Origin: Candidatus Latescibacterota bacterium
Lineage (GTDB): Bacteria; Latescibacterota; 4484-107
DNA length: 60,216 bases
NCBI GenBank assembly: GCA_043804415.1
Contig: JAZDJA010000031.1
Coordinates: 1 to 60,216, forward strand
Direction of reading: 5' to 3'
A model generated the notes under the pieces. The model did no database searches. It saw only the letters and a program-made list of their open reading frames with translations, and had not been told where the DNA came from. Of the stretch, positions 39,253 to 51,065 are shown in pieces; positions within the stretch are counted from its first letter, which is position 1; each line of letters starts with the position of its first letter. A program made the position numbers and the translations under genes.

Positions 39253-40260
39253 TTAACCTGACCTGGTTTGGCCCGATGGATTGGAGATGCGTATCCCTTC
39301 CTTCCATGCCAGGATGCCTCCGAGCAGGCTGACCGGAAGGATGCTGATTGCGTGCGCGACAATCGCATAACTGAGCGCGGGACTTTCAGGCACTCCGAAC
39401 AATCCCAGTGCCACCATGCACAGCCAATGGTAGGTTCCGACATACCCCGGAGAGGACGGCACTACCACACTGATGGTGGTGATTACGAGCACGACGAGAC
39501 TGGCACTCCAAGGAAGGTGATAGTCTTCTACAAAACCAAAAGCATGAAAACACACGAAAAAAATGCCGGCATAGCATGCCCAGAGGAGGACGGACAACAG
39601 ACTGACCGTCGCATAGTGACTGGGTTTGCTCAATGGAACCAATCCATCCCGAAAAGAACTCAAAAGCGCCACAAGCTTGGTGGAGATCTTCAGGGGAAAG
39701 GGACTTGAGACCGCCGAAACGAACGAAGCAACCTGCTTCGGGCGCCTTTTCAAAAGGAGAATGACGATCACCAAACCGGCCGCAAAGGCGAAGGTCACAT
39801 ATCCGCTGTTCCGGATCTCTCTTGGAAAGGGGTATACGACACACGCGATCCCCATCAGGACAAGCAGAGAGAAGACGTCCACGATGCGCTCTACAGCAAT
39901 GGTTGCGAACACTGAAGCTTTTGGAACGCTTTCCCTCTGACCGATCAGAGCCGCTCGAACAAGCTCCCCCAGATGGGCGGGCAAAAGCGTATTCGTCATG
40001 TACCCGATCATGAGTGCGGAGAAAAGCGAACCCGTCGAAATCGGCTTGATCGGTTCCAGGAGATAGCGGTGCCTCCGTGCTCTCATCCAATGGCTGGCAA
40101 AGAGCAGGAGAAGGGCGATCAGAAGATAGGAATAACGGACGGTCCTGAAAGCCTGGGCCATCTTGTGAAGATCAATCTGACGGAAGGCCAGATACAGAAA
40201 GAAGATGCTAACCGCCAGTCCAACAACGAGCTTCAGCAGGGTGCGCACATTTTTCGACAT
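39253..40260 (-). CDS. Lysylphosphatidylglycerol-synthase TM / flippase-like (YbhN-type) membrane protein
   Basis: IGYM.N.LLPA.LGEL.R, ATI.VERI.D, PSSPGYVG. Confidence 0.85.
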   Translation of the reverse strand: MSKNVRTLLKLVVGLAVSIFFLYLAFRQIDLHKMAQAFRTVRYSYLLIALLLLFASHWMRARRHRYLLEPIKPISTGSLFSALMIGYMTNTLLPAHLGELVRAALIGQRESVPKASVFATIAVERIVDVFSLLVLMGIACVVYPFPREIRNSGYVTFAFAAGLVIVILLLKRRPKQVASFVSAVSSPFPLKISTKLVALLSSFRDGLVPLSKPSHYATVSLLSVLLWACYAGIFFVCFHAFGFVEDYHLPWSASLVVLVITTISVVVPSSPGYVGTYHWLCMVALGLFGVPESPALSYAIVAHAISILPVSLLGGILAWKEGIRISNPSGQTRSG

Positions 40261-40568
40261 GAAGCTATTGTTCCGATCCGGGAAGAAAAAAAACCTGCAC
40301 GGCCGAGACACCGGGAGGCGCCGAGGGGAGCGGAGCGGACAGGGGAGCAATTATCGTCAAGACTGAAAAAGGCCGGAACCGCATGGCATCAACTGGCCGT
40401 TCTCTTTTGGCCGGATACTTTTCGCATCAGGTGACTGGAGAGGTTATTTGCTGTTTGATTCCAAAGATAGTGAAAAGCGTCGCCTGGAACAAATGAAATC
40501 TTGAGTGGCCCTGATTCGCCCAAGCGCTATTTGGGATTTTCCCGATTCGGGAACAAATCCGGAAAGGA

Positions 40569-41123
40569 TCATATCCTGGGCAGCACAATGCCATGCTGAC
40601 TCTGATACTTCCCTTTCCGGTCGGCATAGCTCACCATGCAGGGCTCATCGGCCTCAAAGAAGAGGATCTGAGCGATGCCCTCGAAGGCATATATTCTGGC
40701 GGGCAAGGGGGTGACATTGGAGATCTCGATGGTCAGAATCCCTTCCCATCCGGCCTCCAACGGCGTAATGCCCGGTATGATCCCGCAGCGTGCATACGTG
40801 CTTTTTCCCATCACAATGCCCGTCACATTCGCAGGCATCCTAAAATATTCCAACGATCGGGCAAGGACAAACGAGTTGGGCGGGATCACACAGACCGCTC
40901 CTCTAAACTCGGTGAAAGCCTCCTCCTGAAAATCTTTCGGATCCACCACCTTTCGACCTCCCTGGTCGGGAGAGAAGATCCTGAATTCGTCGGCCAGTCG
41001 AATATCGTATCCATAGGACGACAGTCCATACGAGATGCCGTCCCGGTTCTGCCCATCCTCAAAAGGCGCGATCATCTCGTGCTCGAGACACATCCGGCGA
41101 ATCCATTGATCCGATTTGATCAT
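40569..41123 (-). CDS. dcd: dCTP deaminase
   Basis: [41 protein letters not shown]. Confidence 0.95.
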   Translation of the reverse strand: MIKSDQWIRRMCLEHEMIAPFEDGQNRDGISYGLSSYGYDIRLADEFRIFSPDQGGRKVVDPKDFQEEAFTEFRGAVCVIPPNSFVLARSLEYFRMPANVTGIVMGKSTYARCGIIPGITPLEAGWEGILTIEISNVTPLPARIYAFEGIAQILFFEADEPCMVSYADRKGKYQSQHGIVLPRI

Positions 41124-41677
41124 ACCTGCGCTCCCGCTTTTTCCTGTTTGCTGAACCTGCACCCGCAATAATCCTGTCTGCGCAAACCGGCCTCCTGGCT
41201 CATCCGGCAACTGATCTTAAACCCATCCTTTTTCTTGAAGTCGGCTTCGTAAAACATCCCGCCATATTCTTCCGCCAGCTCCCGACCGATGGGATGGATC
41301 ATCGAGGCCCTCTTGTGAGGGCTGACGGTCAGTGTAGTAGCAAAATGGAGAACCCCACGCTCCCGCGCATATCGGGCCGTCTCTTCCATCCTGAGATGGA
41401 TGCAAATCGCGCACCGGCTTCCGCCTTCCGGCTCCTGCTCCATCCCTCCTATCGCCTCGTACCATCGTTCCGGATCGTAGTCCGCGACAATCATCCGCAG
41501 TCCGATTTGTTCGGCATACCGCGTCATCTCCCCAAGTCGGAGCGCGTATTCCTCCTCGGGGTGTATGTTCGAATTACAGAAGTAACCCACGAGATCAAAA
41601 TGTTCCCGCAAGGTCTTTACCACATAGGTCGCACAGGGCGCACAGCACAGGTGGAGAAGTAACGTTGGTTTTTCCAT
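41120..41677 (-). CDS. queH: Epoxyqueuosine reductase QueH
   Basis: [42 protein letters not shown]. Confidence 0.93.
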   Translation of the reverse strand: MEKPTLLLHLCCAPCATYVVKTLREHFDLVGYFCNSNIHPEEEYALRLGEMTRYAEQIGLRMIVADYDPERWYEAIGGMEQEPEGGSRCAICIHLRMEETARYARERGVLHFATTLTVSPHKRASMIHPIGRELAEEYGGMFYEADFKKKDGFKISCRMSQEAGLRRQDYCGCRFSKQEKAGAQV

Positions 41678-41827
41678 GGTGCTTCCCACAGAGTGTGCCC
41701 AAAAGGCAGAAAGAAAGGGAACGGCAAAGAGACTCCCGCGTTCGCCCTTCGCGCGACCTTCATCCAGCAATGGGGGCTTCAGCTTGTCCCAGAGGCTTGG
41801 GAACGCCCCCTATAGGTCCGCTCCCCA

Positions 41828-42427
41828 TCATATTTCAAGCGTACCCTTCGTGGAGAGGACGCCCTGGATGCGACAATCGGGCCCACTTGCCTGATCCAAT
41901 GCTCTCCCGAAAGCTTTGAAGACCGCCTCCAGGCAATGATGTGCGTCTGCGCCGCGAAGAAGGTCTATGTGCAGATTCATCTTCGCATGATCGGATAGTG
42001 CGCGAAAAAAGCTGATTGCCAGTCCCGGCTCAAAATCCCCGATTTTCGACGGAGGCAGCGCCGCTTCGTAGCTCAGATAAGGTCGCCCGGAAAGATCCAG
42101 CGCCACGCGCGCCAAGGCCTCATCCATCGGCACGAGAGCGACTCCATACCGGACGATCCCGCTCCTGTCTCCCAGCGCCTGGTGGATCGCCTGACCCAGA
42201 CAGATCCCCACGTCCTCCACCGTGTGGTGGGCATCCACCGCCAAATCGCCCTGAGCAGAGAGTGTTAGATCAAAAAAACCATGCCGGGCAAAGAGTCCCA
42301 GCATGTGATCGAAAAACCCGATCCCCGTCCCTATTTCATAGGCTCCGGTGCCGTCCAGTCGGAAATCCAGCACAATGCTCGTCTCGGCCGTCTTCCGCTC
42401 GATCTGGCCCTGTCTTTTGGCACTCAT
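41828..42427 (-). CDS. hisB: Imidazoleglycerol-phosphate dehydratase
   Basis: TGIGFFDHML, DAHHTVEDVGI, PMDEAL, HH..EA.FKA, STKG.L. Confidence 0.96.
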   Translation of the reverse strand: MSAKRQGQIERKTAETSIVLDFRLDGTGAYEIGTGIGFFDHMLGLFARHGFFDLTLSAQGDLAVDAHHTVEDVGICLGQAIHQALGDRSGIVRYGVALVPMDEALARVALDLSGRPYLSYEAALPPSKIGDFEPGLAISFFRALSDHAKMNLHIDLLRGADAHHCLEAVFKAFGRALDQASGPDCRIQGVLSTKGTLEI

Positions 42428-42485
42428 GTCCTCATCCCTTTGCTTGGGTTTTGATGGATCGATGAGAAATACCCCTTTTCACGGT

Positions 42486-43583
42486 TCATGCTCGGTCGAC
42501 ATCCGTGCTCAATTCCTGCAAAATACGCTCCATCCCCTCTATAAATCGCCGATTTTCTTCAGCGGAACCGATGCTCACCCGAAGGGCTTTGGGCAACATC
42601 GGATATTTGCTGACATCGCGAATCAGGATCCCACGATCCACGAGCCTGTCAAAGATCTGCCCGGGTTCAAAGGGCGTTTCAAAAAGGAGGAAATTTGCCT
42701 GCGAAGGATAGACGGTAACCCCGTCCATCTTCTTCAGACGCTCATAAACAACCTCCCGCTGAGCATTGAGTATATCCACATGCGCCTGCACGACGGCCCA
42801 ATGGTCCAGGATCTTGATGGCCGCTTCTTCGGAGAAGAAATTCAGATTGTAGGGCAACTTGGCCTTGGCGATCTCTGCGGCCACCTCCGGATGTGCCATC
42901 AGATAGCCGATCCGCAATCCCGCAAGGGAGCAGGCTTTCGAGAAGGTGCGCAGTACGATGAGATTCTCATACTGCTTCAAAAGTGGAAAGCAGGTGCTGT
43001 CGCTAAACTGCTGATAGGCCTCATCCACGACGACCAGCGCATCCGTGCCGCGCAAGATCCGCTCCACGTCCTCCGGAGCCATCACCCCCCCGGTCGGGTT
43101 GTTGGGGGAACAGATGATCACCATATCGGCGCTGGTCCGCAAGATCGTCCGTTCGATGGCCGGCACGTCGAAGGCATAGTCGCTTTCCCTCAGCGGAACC
43201 TCGATCACCTCGGCTCCCAGGATGTGACTGAGCAGTTGGTAGAGCGTAAACGTGGGCGTGGGAATCACCACTCGCCCCCCGGGGCCCAAGGTGACCATCA
43301 GCAGAGCCTGGATCAGTTCGTTGGAACCGTTCCCCATGAGAATGCCCTCACTCGGCCATCCCACGTGGTGCGCCAGCTTTTGAGCGAAACGCGTCTGCAC
43401 GAAGTCGGGATAGCGTCTCCATGGCCGTTTCCGGGCAGCCGTCATCACCTCCTCTTTGAGGTTGTCAGGAATCTCAAAGGGATTCTCGTTCTGGTTGATC
43501 TTGACCTCGTATTTGGTTTCCTTCAGCGTATAGGCGGACAGTGCCCGCACCTGGGGCTTTATCTTATTCAGCGCTTTGTTCAC
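42486..43583 (-). CDS. hisC: Histidinol-phosphate aminotransferase
   Basis: NQNENP, RYPD, GNGSNE, CSPNNPTG, DEAY, RTFSKA.SLAGLRIGY. Confidence 0.95.
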   Translation of the reverse strand: MNKALNKIKPQVRALSAYTLKETKYEVKINQNENPFEIPDNLKEEVMTAARKRPWRRYPDFVQTRFAQKLAHHVGWPSEGILMGNGSNELIQALLMVTLGPGGRVVIPTPTFTLYQLLSHILGAEVIEVPLRESDYAFDVPAIERTILRTSADMVIICSPNNPTGGVMAPEDVERILRGTDALVVVDEAYQQFSDSTCFPLLKQYENLIVLRTFSKACSLAGLRIGYLMAHPEVAAEIAKAKLPYNLNFFSEEAAIKILDHWAVVQAHVDILNAQREVVYERLKKMDGVTVYPSQANFLLFETPFEPGQIFDRLVDRGILIRDVSKYPMLPKALRVSIGSAEENRRFIEGMERILQELSTDVDRA

Positions 43584-43754
43584 CAATCGGGTTCCCTTCT
43601 TCATTTCGCCTTGGGATCGTGAGCCGGCCGCTTTCTGGAAAATCCCGAGAGCAGAGCCGCTGACGTTCCATCCCTTCTGCCAAAGAAAACAGTGCTCCAA
43701 TCGGAACGCCCTGAGTGCACGGGACACGTCAAAAAAATACGGAGGGTTCCCATC

Positions 43755-43898
43755 TTGATGGATTCGCAACAAGGCTCAAAACCGGCCATCGGCGAGAGGG
43801 GCGCAAAGAGTCGTCCATTCATCACTTGATGGAATCGCTTCTTTTCCTTGTGTCTCTGTGCCTTCGAGAAGATTCTGAGCTTTCTGCGAAGGAATCAA
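43755..43898. mobile_element. Putative MITE with imperfect terminal inverted repeats
   Basis: TTGATGGATTCGCAACAAGGCTCA ... TGAGCTTTCTGCGAAGGAATCAA, ~144 bp, non-coding. Confidence 0.5.
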
Positions 43899-44217
43899 TC
43901 ATATCCTCACATCGCTCCAGCGCTGTGATGGGATGTCCCTTCGTAGGACTTTCCTGTCGAATCTATGATTTCCTCAAGCAGGGCAAGGCCGACTCCCCTT
44001 CCCGATCCCAGCCCGCGTCGTTCTTACAGCCACGCTGCAGAACCTGCCGGCCGCTGGATCGGTCACCACGGGCACGGCATCCCGCACGGGCCGGGAGAAA
44101 AAAGCACACCATGCTGTCAGGGCTTGTGTCCTCATAATCCGCTCAATCCGCGGTTGCCCTTGGGAGTCGCGATTCCACCGCGTCGCCTCGGTATTTCCCG
44201 TCCTCCGCAGGCACCAT

Positions 44218-46623
44218 CTATTCCTCTTTAGGCTCTTTGGGCCATCCGCTCTCCCAAAAAACCGCGAGGCCCAGCACCTCGTCCATCCGATCCACGAACT
44301 TGAAATGCAGCTCCTTACGGATGTCTTCGGCCAGCTCATCCAGATCCTGCTCGTTCCATTTCGGAAGAATCACCGTATCGATCCCTGCCCGTCGCGCCGC
44401 CAACACCTTCTCCTTGATCCCTCCGACCGGAAGCACCTTCCCCCGCAAGGTCACTTCACCCGTCATGGCAAGCCCCGGACGTACCGGCCGATCGGTCAAC
44501 AGCGACACCAGCGCTGTTGTGATGGCTATGCCCGCCGAAGGACCATCCTTGGGGATACCTCCGGAGGGTACGTGGATGTGAATATCGTTCTTCTGGAAGA
44601 AATCCTCCCTCAGCCCCAGGCGGTTTGCCCTGGATCGCACGAAACTCAGGGCTGCCTGGGCCGATTCTTTCATCACCTCTCCCAACTGTCCGGTGAGTAT
44701 CAGGTTCTTGCTGCCCCGCATTTTCGTGGCTTCGATGAAGATAATGTCCCCACCGGCCTGGGTCCACGCCAATCCAGTAGCCACCCCGGGCTCGTTCGAC
44801 CGCTCCGCCACTTCGTTGAAGAACCGCTGGGGACCCAGGAAATCGGGGATCCGATCTGCCGTGATCCTCCCAGGAACCGCCTCCTCCTCCGCCAGGGTCT
44901 TGGCCACCTTGCGACATACCTGGGCGATCTCCCGCTCCAGATTCCGCAATCCCGCCTCCCGGGTGTATTCCCGGATGATCCTCAAAAGTGCCTCATCCGC
45001 CAGCTCCATGGATGACCCGGTCAAACCGTGCGCCTCCAGCTGCCGGGGGATCAGATACTGCTGAGCAATCCTGCGCTTCTGCTCCTGGGTATATCCCGTA
45101 AGCGTGATCACCTCCATCCGATCCAACAGTGCGGGAGGCACAGGAGCCAATGTGTTGGCTGTGGTGACAAACATCACATTGGATAGATCGAAGGGCACTT
45201 CCAGATAGTGATCGGAAAAAGTGCTGTTTTGCTCCGGATCCAGCACCTCCAGCAGCGCCGCAGAGGGGTCGCCCCGGAAGTCCGCTCCGATCTTATCCAC
45301 CTCGTCCATCATGAACACCGGATTGTTTGAGCCCGCCTTCTTCATTCCCTGGATGATACGCCCCGGCAGGGCTCCCACGTAGGTGCGCCGATGCCCTCGG
45401 ATCTCCGCCTCATCCCGGACCCCTCCCAGGGAGATGCGAACGAATTTTCTTCCCAGCGCCTGGGCAATGGATCGTCCCAACGAGGTCTTCCCCGTGCCGG
45501 GAGGACCCACCAGGCACAGGATGGGTCCTTTCATATCCGACTTCAACTTGCGGACCGCCAGGTATTCGAGGATCCGCTCTTTGATCTTTTCCAGATCGTA
45601 GTGATCCTCGTCCAGCACCTTCCGAGCCTGAACAATGTCCAGGCGATCTTCTGTGGCGGTGTTCCAGGGCAAATCCAACAGCCAGTCCAGATAGGTCCGG
45701 GCAACCGTATACTCTGCGGCCTGAGCGGGCATCTTCGCCAGGCGATTCAGCTCCCGCTCGGCTTCCTGTTTCGCCTCCTCCGGCAACCCAGCCTGCTCGA
45801 TCCGCTCCCGCAGCTCTTGGGTTTCGGTCTCCCGCTCGTTCTCCTCTCCCAACTCCTTCCGGATCTCCTCAAGCTGCTTTCTCAGCCAGAACTCCCGCTG
45901 CAGCTTCCCCATCTCCGTCTGCACCTGCGTCTGAATCTTGGTACCCACCTCCAATACTTCGACCTCCCGGCCCAAAAGAACCATCAGATGCTCCAGCCGG
46001 GTCTTAACGTCCAGCATTTCGAGAATATCCTGCCGCTCCCTGGAGGACAAATTGGGCAGGCTGAAGGCCACCAAATCGGCCATGCGCCCCGGATGATCCA
46101 TACTCGAAATTGCCACCTGAAGCTCGTCGGGAAGATGAGGCGTGAGAGAGACCACCTGCCGAAACTGATTGGAGATGTTACGGGTCATGCCCTCCAACTC
46201 CAGCGTTTTCTCCATCACCTCTTCCAAAACCGTCACATTGGCCTTCAGATAGGGATCCGTCTGAGCAAAATCTCGAATCCGAATCCGAGCCAGTCCCTGC
46301 ACCAATATGCGCACCGAGCCGTCCGGGATCTTCAGCATTTTGTGGATCAGGCCAGCGGAGCCAATCTCATAGAGGTCTTTGGGACCGGGATCCTCGATCC
46401 GCGTCTCTCTCTGGGTTACCACGCCCACAATGCGCGATCCGGCTGCGGCATCGTCAATCAGCTTCGCGGATCCAGGTCGCTGGATGACCAGCGGAGCTAC
46501 CGTATAGGGATAGAGCACCACATCCCGCACGGGCAGGATTGGAATCTGCGAAGGAATCTTCGGTTCCTCGGGATCGGTTTCCTCACCATGCGTTGTTCTG
46601 ATCTGATCTTCTAGTAACCCCAT
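44218..46623 (-). CDS. lon: ATP-dependent Lon protease
   Basis: [48 protein letters not shown]. Confidence 0.97.
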   Translation of the reverse strand: MGLLEDQIRTTHGEETDPEEPKIPSQIPILPVRDVVLYPYTVAPLVIQRPGSAKLIDDAAAGSRIVGVVTQRETRIEDPGPKDLYEIGSAGLIHKMLKIPDGSVRILVQGLARIRIRDFAQTDPYLKANVTVLEEVMEKTLELEGMTRNISNQFRQVVSLTPHLPDELQVAISSMDHPGRMADLVAFSLPNLSSRERQDILEMLDVKTRLEHLMVLLGREVEVLEVGTKIQTQVQTEMGKLQREFWLRKQLEEIRKELGEENERETETQELRERIEQAGLPEEAKQEAERELNRLAKMPAQAAEYTVARTYLDWLLDLPWNTATEDRLDIVQARKVLDEDHYDLEKIKERILEYLAVRKLKSDMKGPILCLVGPPGTGKTSLGRSIAQALGRKFVRISLGGVRDEAEIRGHRRTYVGALPGRIIQGMKKAGSNNPVFMMDEVDKIGADFRGDPSAALLEVLDPEQNSTFSDHYLEVPFDLSNVMFVTTANTLAPVPPALLDRMEVITLTGYTQEQKRRIAQQYLIPRQLEAHGLTGSSMELADEALLRIIREYTREAGLRNLEREIAQVCRKVAKTLAEEEAVPGRITADRIPDFLGPQRFFNEVAERSNEPGVATGLAWTQAGGDIIFIEATKMRGSKNLILTGQLGEVMKESAQAALSFVRSRANRLGLREDFFQKNDIHIHVPSGGIPKDGPSAGIAITTALVSLLTDRPVRPGLAMTGEVTLRGKVLPVGGIKEKVLAARRAGIDTVILPKWNEQDLDELAEDIRKELHFKFVDRMDEVLGLAVFWESGWPKEPKEE

Positions 46624-46741
46624 GGCCTATACTCCTGGACAGAGGGATAGGATCTGACATTTCCCATTTGTAGCTCCTGTTCTTTGCCCTTCCCGTAAGT
46701 TGCCAGTTTCCGAGCGTTCTCCACATCTGAGCGGGGCTTGC

Positions 46742-47179
46742 CTAAGTTTCTATCGGAATTTCCATCATGCTCGGCCGCGTCTTAGGAACGACGATCTCCA
46801 AGAATCCTTCTTTATAGGATGCCCGAATGCTGCTTGCCTCCGACGATTGAGGAAGACGCACCACGGCCTCAAAGAGACCGGAATGGATCTCCATCTGAGA
46901 AAAACTGCCCTTTCGATCCCGGTAGGGGCACTCCCGTCGGCCGCGTATGGCCAACACATTCCCCTCCAGATGCAGCCGAAAATGCTCCTGTCGCATTCCG
47001 GCGATCTCCATCCTGATCAGGATGTGGCGCTCGGTTTCATACACGTCGGTTGGCGGTCTCCAGATACCTCCACAGAACCCACCCGAAAGATTTTTGGTGG
47101 CAGCAAGATCTTTGAAGAGTCGCTCCATATCCTCTTCCATACCACGCAGGTGGATGGTTTGAGCATGAACGAAAGCCAT
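46742..47179 (-). CDS. Hsp20/alpha-crystallin small heat-shock protein
   Basis: WRPPTDVYET, EI.G, L.I.G.R, ASYKEGFLEI.VPK. Confidence 0.9.
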   Translation of the reverse strand: MAFVHAQTIHLRGMEEDMERLFKDLAATKNLSGGFCGGIWRPPTDVYETERHILIRMEIAGMRQEHFRLHLEGNVLAIRGRRECPYRDRKGSFSQMEIHSGLFEAVVRLPQSSEASSIRASYKEGFLEIVVPKTRPSMMEIPIET

Positions 47180-47268
47180 ATTCGACCTCCCGAAAATCTC
47201 ATGGGCATTTTCCCCCGGAGAAAATCCGGGTCACGGATACCCCATTGGGCTATCCCAGAGGGTCTAGC

Positions 47269-47622
47269 TTACTTCCCCAAGAGCGCTTCTATGTGTTTCT
47301 TCAGAGGATCCAGGTTGGAGGACTTGACCACAAAGGCATCCGCGGCCCAACTGGAGAAATCATCCATGAACTGGTTGTAGGCCGTGTTCAGGATGACCTT
47401 GATATTTCGCTTCTCCGACAGGATCTCGCGAAGGGTCTCCAAGCCCCCCTTCCCCTCCATTTCAATATCCAGAATGACGAGATCTATCTGGTGGGACCGG
47501 ACCTTTTCCAGCGCTTCGTCGCCGTTTTTCGCCAGGAGGACCGGGTAGCCTTCCGCCAACAATTCCTGTTGGTAGAGGGACAGAATGTCCTGATCGTTAT
47601 CCGTCACCAAGATGGTTGCCAT
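47269..47622 (-). CDS. Single-domain response regulator (REC)
   Basis: ILV.DND, DLVILDIEM..GG, VILNTAY, ADAFVVKS. Confidence 0.9.
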   Translation of the reverse strand: MATILVTDNDQDILSLYQQELLAEGYPVLLAKNGDEALEKVRSHQIDLVILDIEMEGKGGLETLREILSEKRNIKVILNTAYNQFMDDFSSWAADAFVVKSSNLDPLKKHIEALLGK

Positions 47623-47697
47623 TGAGCACCCCCTCTTTCAAAGAGCAGAGAAGAATAAGCAACCACTCCCCCGAAAAGAGGGGAAGGGGTATGCACG

Positions 47698-48153
47698 TTA
47701 TTCACGGCTCAAGAGTTTACTCAACTCCTCGACGAATTCCTTCTTGTCCTTGAACGCCCGATAGACCGATGCAAATCGCACGTAGGCCACCTCATCCAAT
47801 TCGCGCAGTTTCTCCATCACACACTCGCCGATCTGCTGGGTGCTTACTTCCCGCTCCTGCAGACTGGCGACTTCGGATTCGATTTCATCTCCCATCGCTT
47901 CGATCCGAGCGATGGGCACGGGCCGTTTGGTGCACGCAAGGCGTATGCCGTTGAGCAATTTCTGGCGATTGAACGCCTCTCTTCTTCCGTCCGATTTGAT
48001 CACCGTAAAGGACGCATCCTCCACGCACTCGTACGTGGTGAAACGTTTCCCGCAGCCCACGCATTCCCGTCTGCGCCGAATTTCACGGCCTTCCCGGCTT
48101 GAGCGGGAATCCGTCACTCGGTCTTCCAACGATCCGCAATAGGGACAGCGCAT
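47698..48153 (-). CDS. nrdR: Transcriptional repressor NrdR
   Basis: MRCPYC, DSR, IRRRREC..C..RFTTYE, ATP cone, DEVAYVRFASVYR.F. Confidence 0.97.
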   Translation of the reverse strand: MRCPYCGSLEDRVTDSRSSREGREIRRRRECVGCGKRFTTYECVEDASFTVIKSDGRREAFNRQKLLNGIRLACTKRPVPIARIEAMGDEIESEVASLQEREVSTQQIGECVMEKLRELDEVAYVRFASVYRAFKDKKEFVEELSKLLSRE

Positions 48154-48332
48154 AGGATTTCTCACAGGAGCGCATACTCTCAGGGCCGCACATGGTACAC
48201 GAGAGAAAGGTTGAGGGACTCCGCGCGGGGGGGGCTTTTCGGAGAAAGGCAAAGGAACGGGTGGTGCCTTTCTCTCGGCAATCGGCATCCCTGGGACGGG
48301 TTCCTTTCACCTGAAGTACGCTTGGAAGCGCA

Positions 48333-49568
48333 TCAGTCGGGCACGGAAAACTGATCACACAATTCCTTAACCTGGATCCGAACCGACTCCAGGACGGCGT
48401 TCTGTTCTATGTGGCCCAAAACCCTCTGGATCATCCCTGCGATAACGCGCATCTCCCCTTCCTTCATGCCGCGCGTCGTCAGAGCCGGTGTGCCCAGACG
48501 AACGCCGCTGGTCAGGGCAGGATTCCTTCGGTCGAAGGGGATGGTGTTCTTGTTGGTGGTGATCCCCGCCCGATCCAGTGCCTTTGCCGCCCTCTTTCCC
48601 GTAATGCCCGTCTCCGTAAGATCCATGATCAAGAGGTGGGTATCCGTTCCGCCCGATACCAGACGGAATCCTGCGCTCAGGAGCGCATCGGACAGGGCTT
48701 GTGCGTTGGACACGATCTGGGCCGAGTAGGCCTTGAAGGCTGGCTCCAAGTCCTCCTTGAAGGCCACCGCCTTGCCCGCCATGATCTGCACCAAAGGTCC
48801 GCCTTGCGTACCCGGAAATACGCCTCGATCAATGTCCGCGGCAAAACGTTTTCTGCAGAGGCACAACCCTCCGCGCGGGCCTCTCAGTGTCTTGTGCGTG
48901 CTGCTGGTCACCACATCCGCGTAGGGAATCGGGGTGGGATGCACTCCCGCCGCAATCAAACCCGCGATATGGGCCATATCCACCATCAGGAGGGCACCCA
49001 CCTCATCGGCGATCTCCCGGAACCGGGCAAAATCCAGAATCCGCGGATACGCGGTTGCACCGGCTACAATGAGCTTCGGCCTGGTTTCCAGAGCCAGTTT
49101 GCGGAGCGCCTCGTAGTCAATCCGTTCGGTTTTCCGATCCACCCCATAGGAGAACGGCCGAAACCAGCGCGCCGAGAAATTCACCTCGTGCCCGTGCGTC
49201 AGATGCCCCCCGTGGGACAAGGTCATACCGAGGATCGTATCCCCCGGATCCAAGAGCCCGAGATAGGCGGCCATGTTCGCCTGAGAACCGGCGTGCGGCT
49301 GCACGTTGGCGTGATCCGCCCCAAACAGTTGCTTGGCGCGCGCCTGAGCCAGAGATTCGATCTGATCGGCATACTCACATCCTTCGTAATAGCGCTTTCC
49401 CGGATAGCCCTCCGCATACTTATTGGTGATGGTCGAAGCCACCGCCTCCCGAACAGCCCGGCTTACGTAGTTCTCCGAAGGAATCATCTGCAACTTGTCT
49501 CGCTGGCGTTTCTCCTCTCCCTGCAGGATCTCATAGACCTCCGCGTCCGTTTGTTTCAACCGTTCCAA
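48333..49568 (-). CDS. glyA: Serine hydroxymethyltransferase
   Basis: [42 protein letters not shown]; TTG start after GGAGG. Confidence 0.97.
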   Translation of the reverse strand: MERLKQTDAEVYEILQGEEKRQRDKLQMIPSENYVSRAVREAVASTITNKYAEGYPGKRYYEGCEYADQIESLAQARAKQLFGADHANVQPHAGSQANMAAYLGLLDPGDTILGMTLSHGGHLTHGHEVNFSARWFRPFSYGVDRKTERIDYEALRKLALETRPKLIVAGATAYPRILDFARFREIADEVGALLMVDMAHIAGLIAAGVHPTPIPYADVVTSSTHKTLRGPRGGLCLCRKRFAADIDRGVFPGTQGGPLVQIMAGKAVAFKEDLEPAFKAYSAQIVSNAQALSDALLSAGFRLVSGGTDTHLLIMDLTETGITGKRAAKALDRAGITTNKNTIPFDRRNPALTSGVRLGTPALTTRGMKEGEMRVIAGMIQRVLGHIEQNAVLESVRIQVKELCDQFSVPD

Positions 49569-49863
49569 TCGTACCTCCTGGGTCTGGTAACTGATCATTG
49601 ATGCGCTTACAGAAAGCCTAACGTGAACCACGGAGGCACAAACACTCGGAACCATGTACCCATTTGGGGGGTTGGCGGGAATCGTTTACGCGACCTGCTC
49701 GTCAAGCTGCAAACCTGCAACATCCTGATTTGATGGAAAGATTTTGGTGAAACGAGGAAGGTGGGAATGGCTCGGATTTCCGGACAACCTGCCTTTTTCT
49801 GCAGCTTTTCCGCGCCACGCGGTGATCGGATTTGGCCTCTGCTGTAAAAGTATCCGGGCGCAT

Positions 49864-50316
49864 TCAGATTACAGAATGCTTCTCTTCATAGTCTGTTATT
49901 TTCCCCACTCTGCGCGCGTGCCGATCGCCCTCAAAGGCCGTTTCCAGAAAGGTGTGTACGATCGTGCGTGCGGTCTCGAGGGAGAGCAATCGCTCGCCTA
50001 AGGTCAGAATATTGACATCGTTGTGACACCGGGCCATCGCCGCCATCTCGGGCGTGAGGCACAGGGCCGCCCGAATGCCCGAAACCTTATTGGCCGCGAT
50101 GGACATCCCGATGCCTGTCCCGCAAACCAGAATCCCAAACTCGAACTCTCCCCGGGCCACGGCTTGGGCCAGGGGAAATGCGAAGTCCGGGTAGTCGACC
50201 GCATCCCCCGAATCCGGGCCAAAATCCTCCCACAGGGTCCCCCGCGCATCGAGAAGGATCTTGACCTGTTCCTTCAGCTCGAATCCTGCGTGATCGCTTG
50301 CGATGGCAATTCTCAT
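49864..50316 (-). CDS. rpiB: Ribose-5-phosphate isomerase B
   Basis: SDHAG..LK, VDYPD, CGTGIGMSIAANKV.GIRAA, HND.N, F.GDRH.RR. Confidence 0.95.
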   Translation of the reverse strand: MRIAIASDHAGFELKEQVKILLDARGTLWEDFGPDSGDAVDYPDFAFPLAQAVARGEFEFGILVCGTGIGMSIAANKVSGIRAALCLTPEMAAMARCHNDVNILTLGERLLSLETARTIVHTFLETAFEGDRHARRVGKITDYEEKHSVI

Positions 50317-50333
50317 CCCGGCACTTTCTCCAT

Positions 50334-50846
50334 TTACAACCCAGAAAGGGATACACGGCCCCTGCAGATCTCGATCCCCTCCAGATTCAGCAATGCCTGC
50401 TTCCACGGCACGCCCGCTCCAAATCCCATCAGCTTGCCGTTTGATCCCACCACGCGGTGGCAGGGCACCACAAGCGCAAAGGGATTCCGGCTGAGCGCTC
50501 CTCCTACGGCCCTGGCCGCTCCCCACTTCCCGATCTCTTGGGCGATCCCTCCGTATGTCCGCACCTGGCCGTAGGGAATCCGGCGCACCGCAGCCCAAAC
50601 GAGCCGATCAAAAAGGGAATGCCCTTCCAGGTGGAGGGGCACATCCAATGAGACCGGTGCTCCACGAAAGTAATCGTTCAACAGTCGGAACAGTGGATGG
50701 GGCTCCTGGGAAAGCACGCCATCGATCTGAGCCCCACCCAAAGGAGCATAGGGCCCCAAGTGGAGGGATTTCAGCCCTCCGCCCTCCCATTGGATCGTGA
50801 CCACGCCGTACGGAGATCGAAAGGTGTCGGCATTTGCCATGGCCAT
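50334..50846 (-). CDS. ogt: Methylated-DNA-protein-cysteine methyltransferase
   Basis: IPYGQ..TYG.IA, ARAVG.A...NP, VPCHRV. Confidence 0.9.
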   Translation of the reverse strand: MAMANADTFRSPYGVVTIQWEGGGLKSLHLGPYAPLGGAQIDGVLSQEPHPLFRLLNDYFRGAPVSLDVPLHLEGHSLFDRLVWAAVRRIPYGQVRTYGGIAQEIGKWGAARAVGGALSRNPFALVVPCHRVVGSNGKLMGFGAGVPWKQALLNLEGIEICRGRVSLSGL

Positions 50847-51065
50847 CGCGGAGCTCCCGTGTCCCCGGTATCTTGGACGCCGATTCTTCGACATGGGGCG
50901 GACTGGACGAGGAGATTCTCGTTGAGAGATTTCCAGACGGGATCCCCGAGACCCATCTTCCGGGACATCCCCTCCCAAAAAAGAAGTGGCGAGGACGGAT
51001 GTCTTTCGCCTTCCGTCACCTCCCACTTTTCCGATACAGGCAATCCATGCCTGCACCTTTTTCCT

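Noticed and set aside
46624-47268. CIRCE heat-shock operator near hsp20-lon
   Set aside because: No TTAGCACTC-N9-GAGTGCTAA found.
49569-49863. ZTP or glycine riboswitch upstream of glyA
   Set aside because: No conserved riboswitch motifs recognisable on the minus strand.
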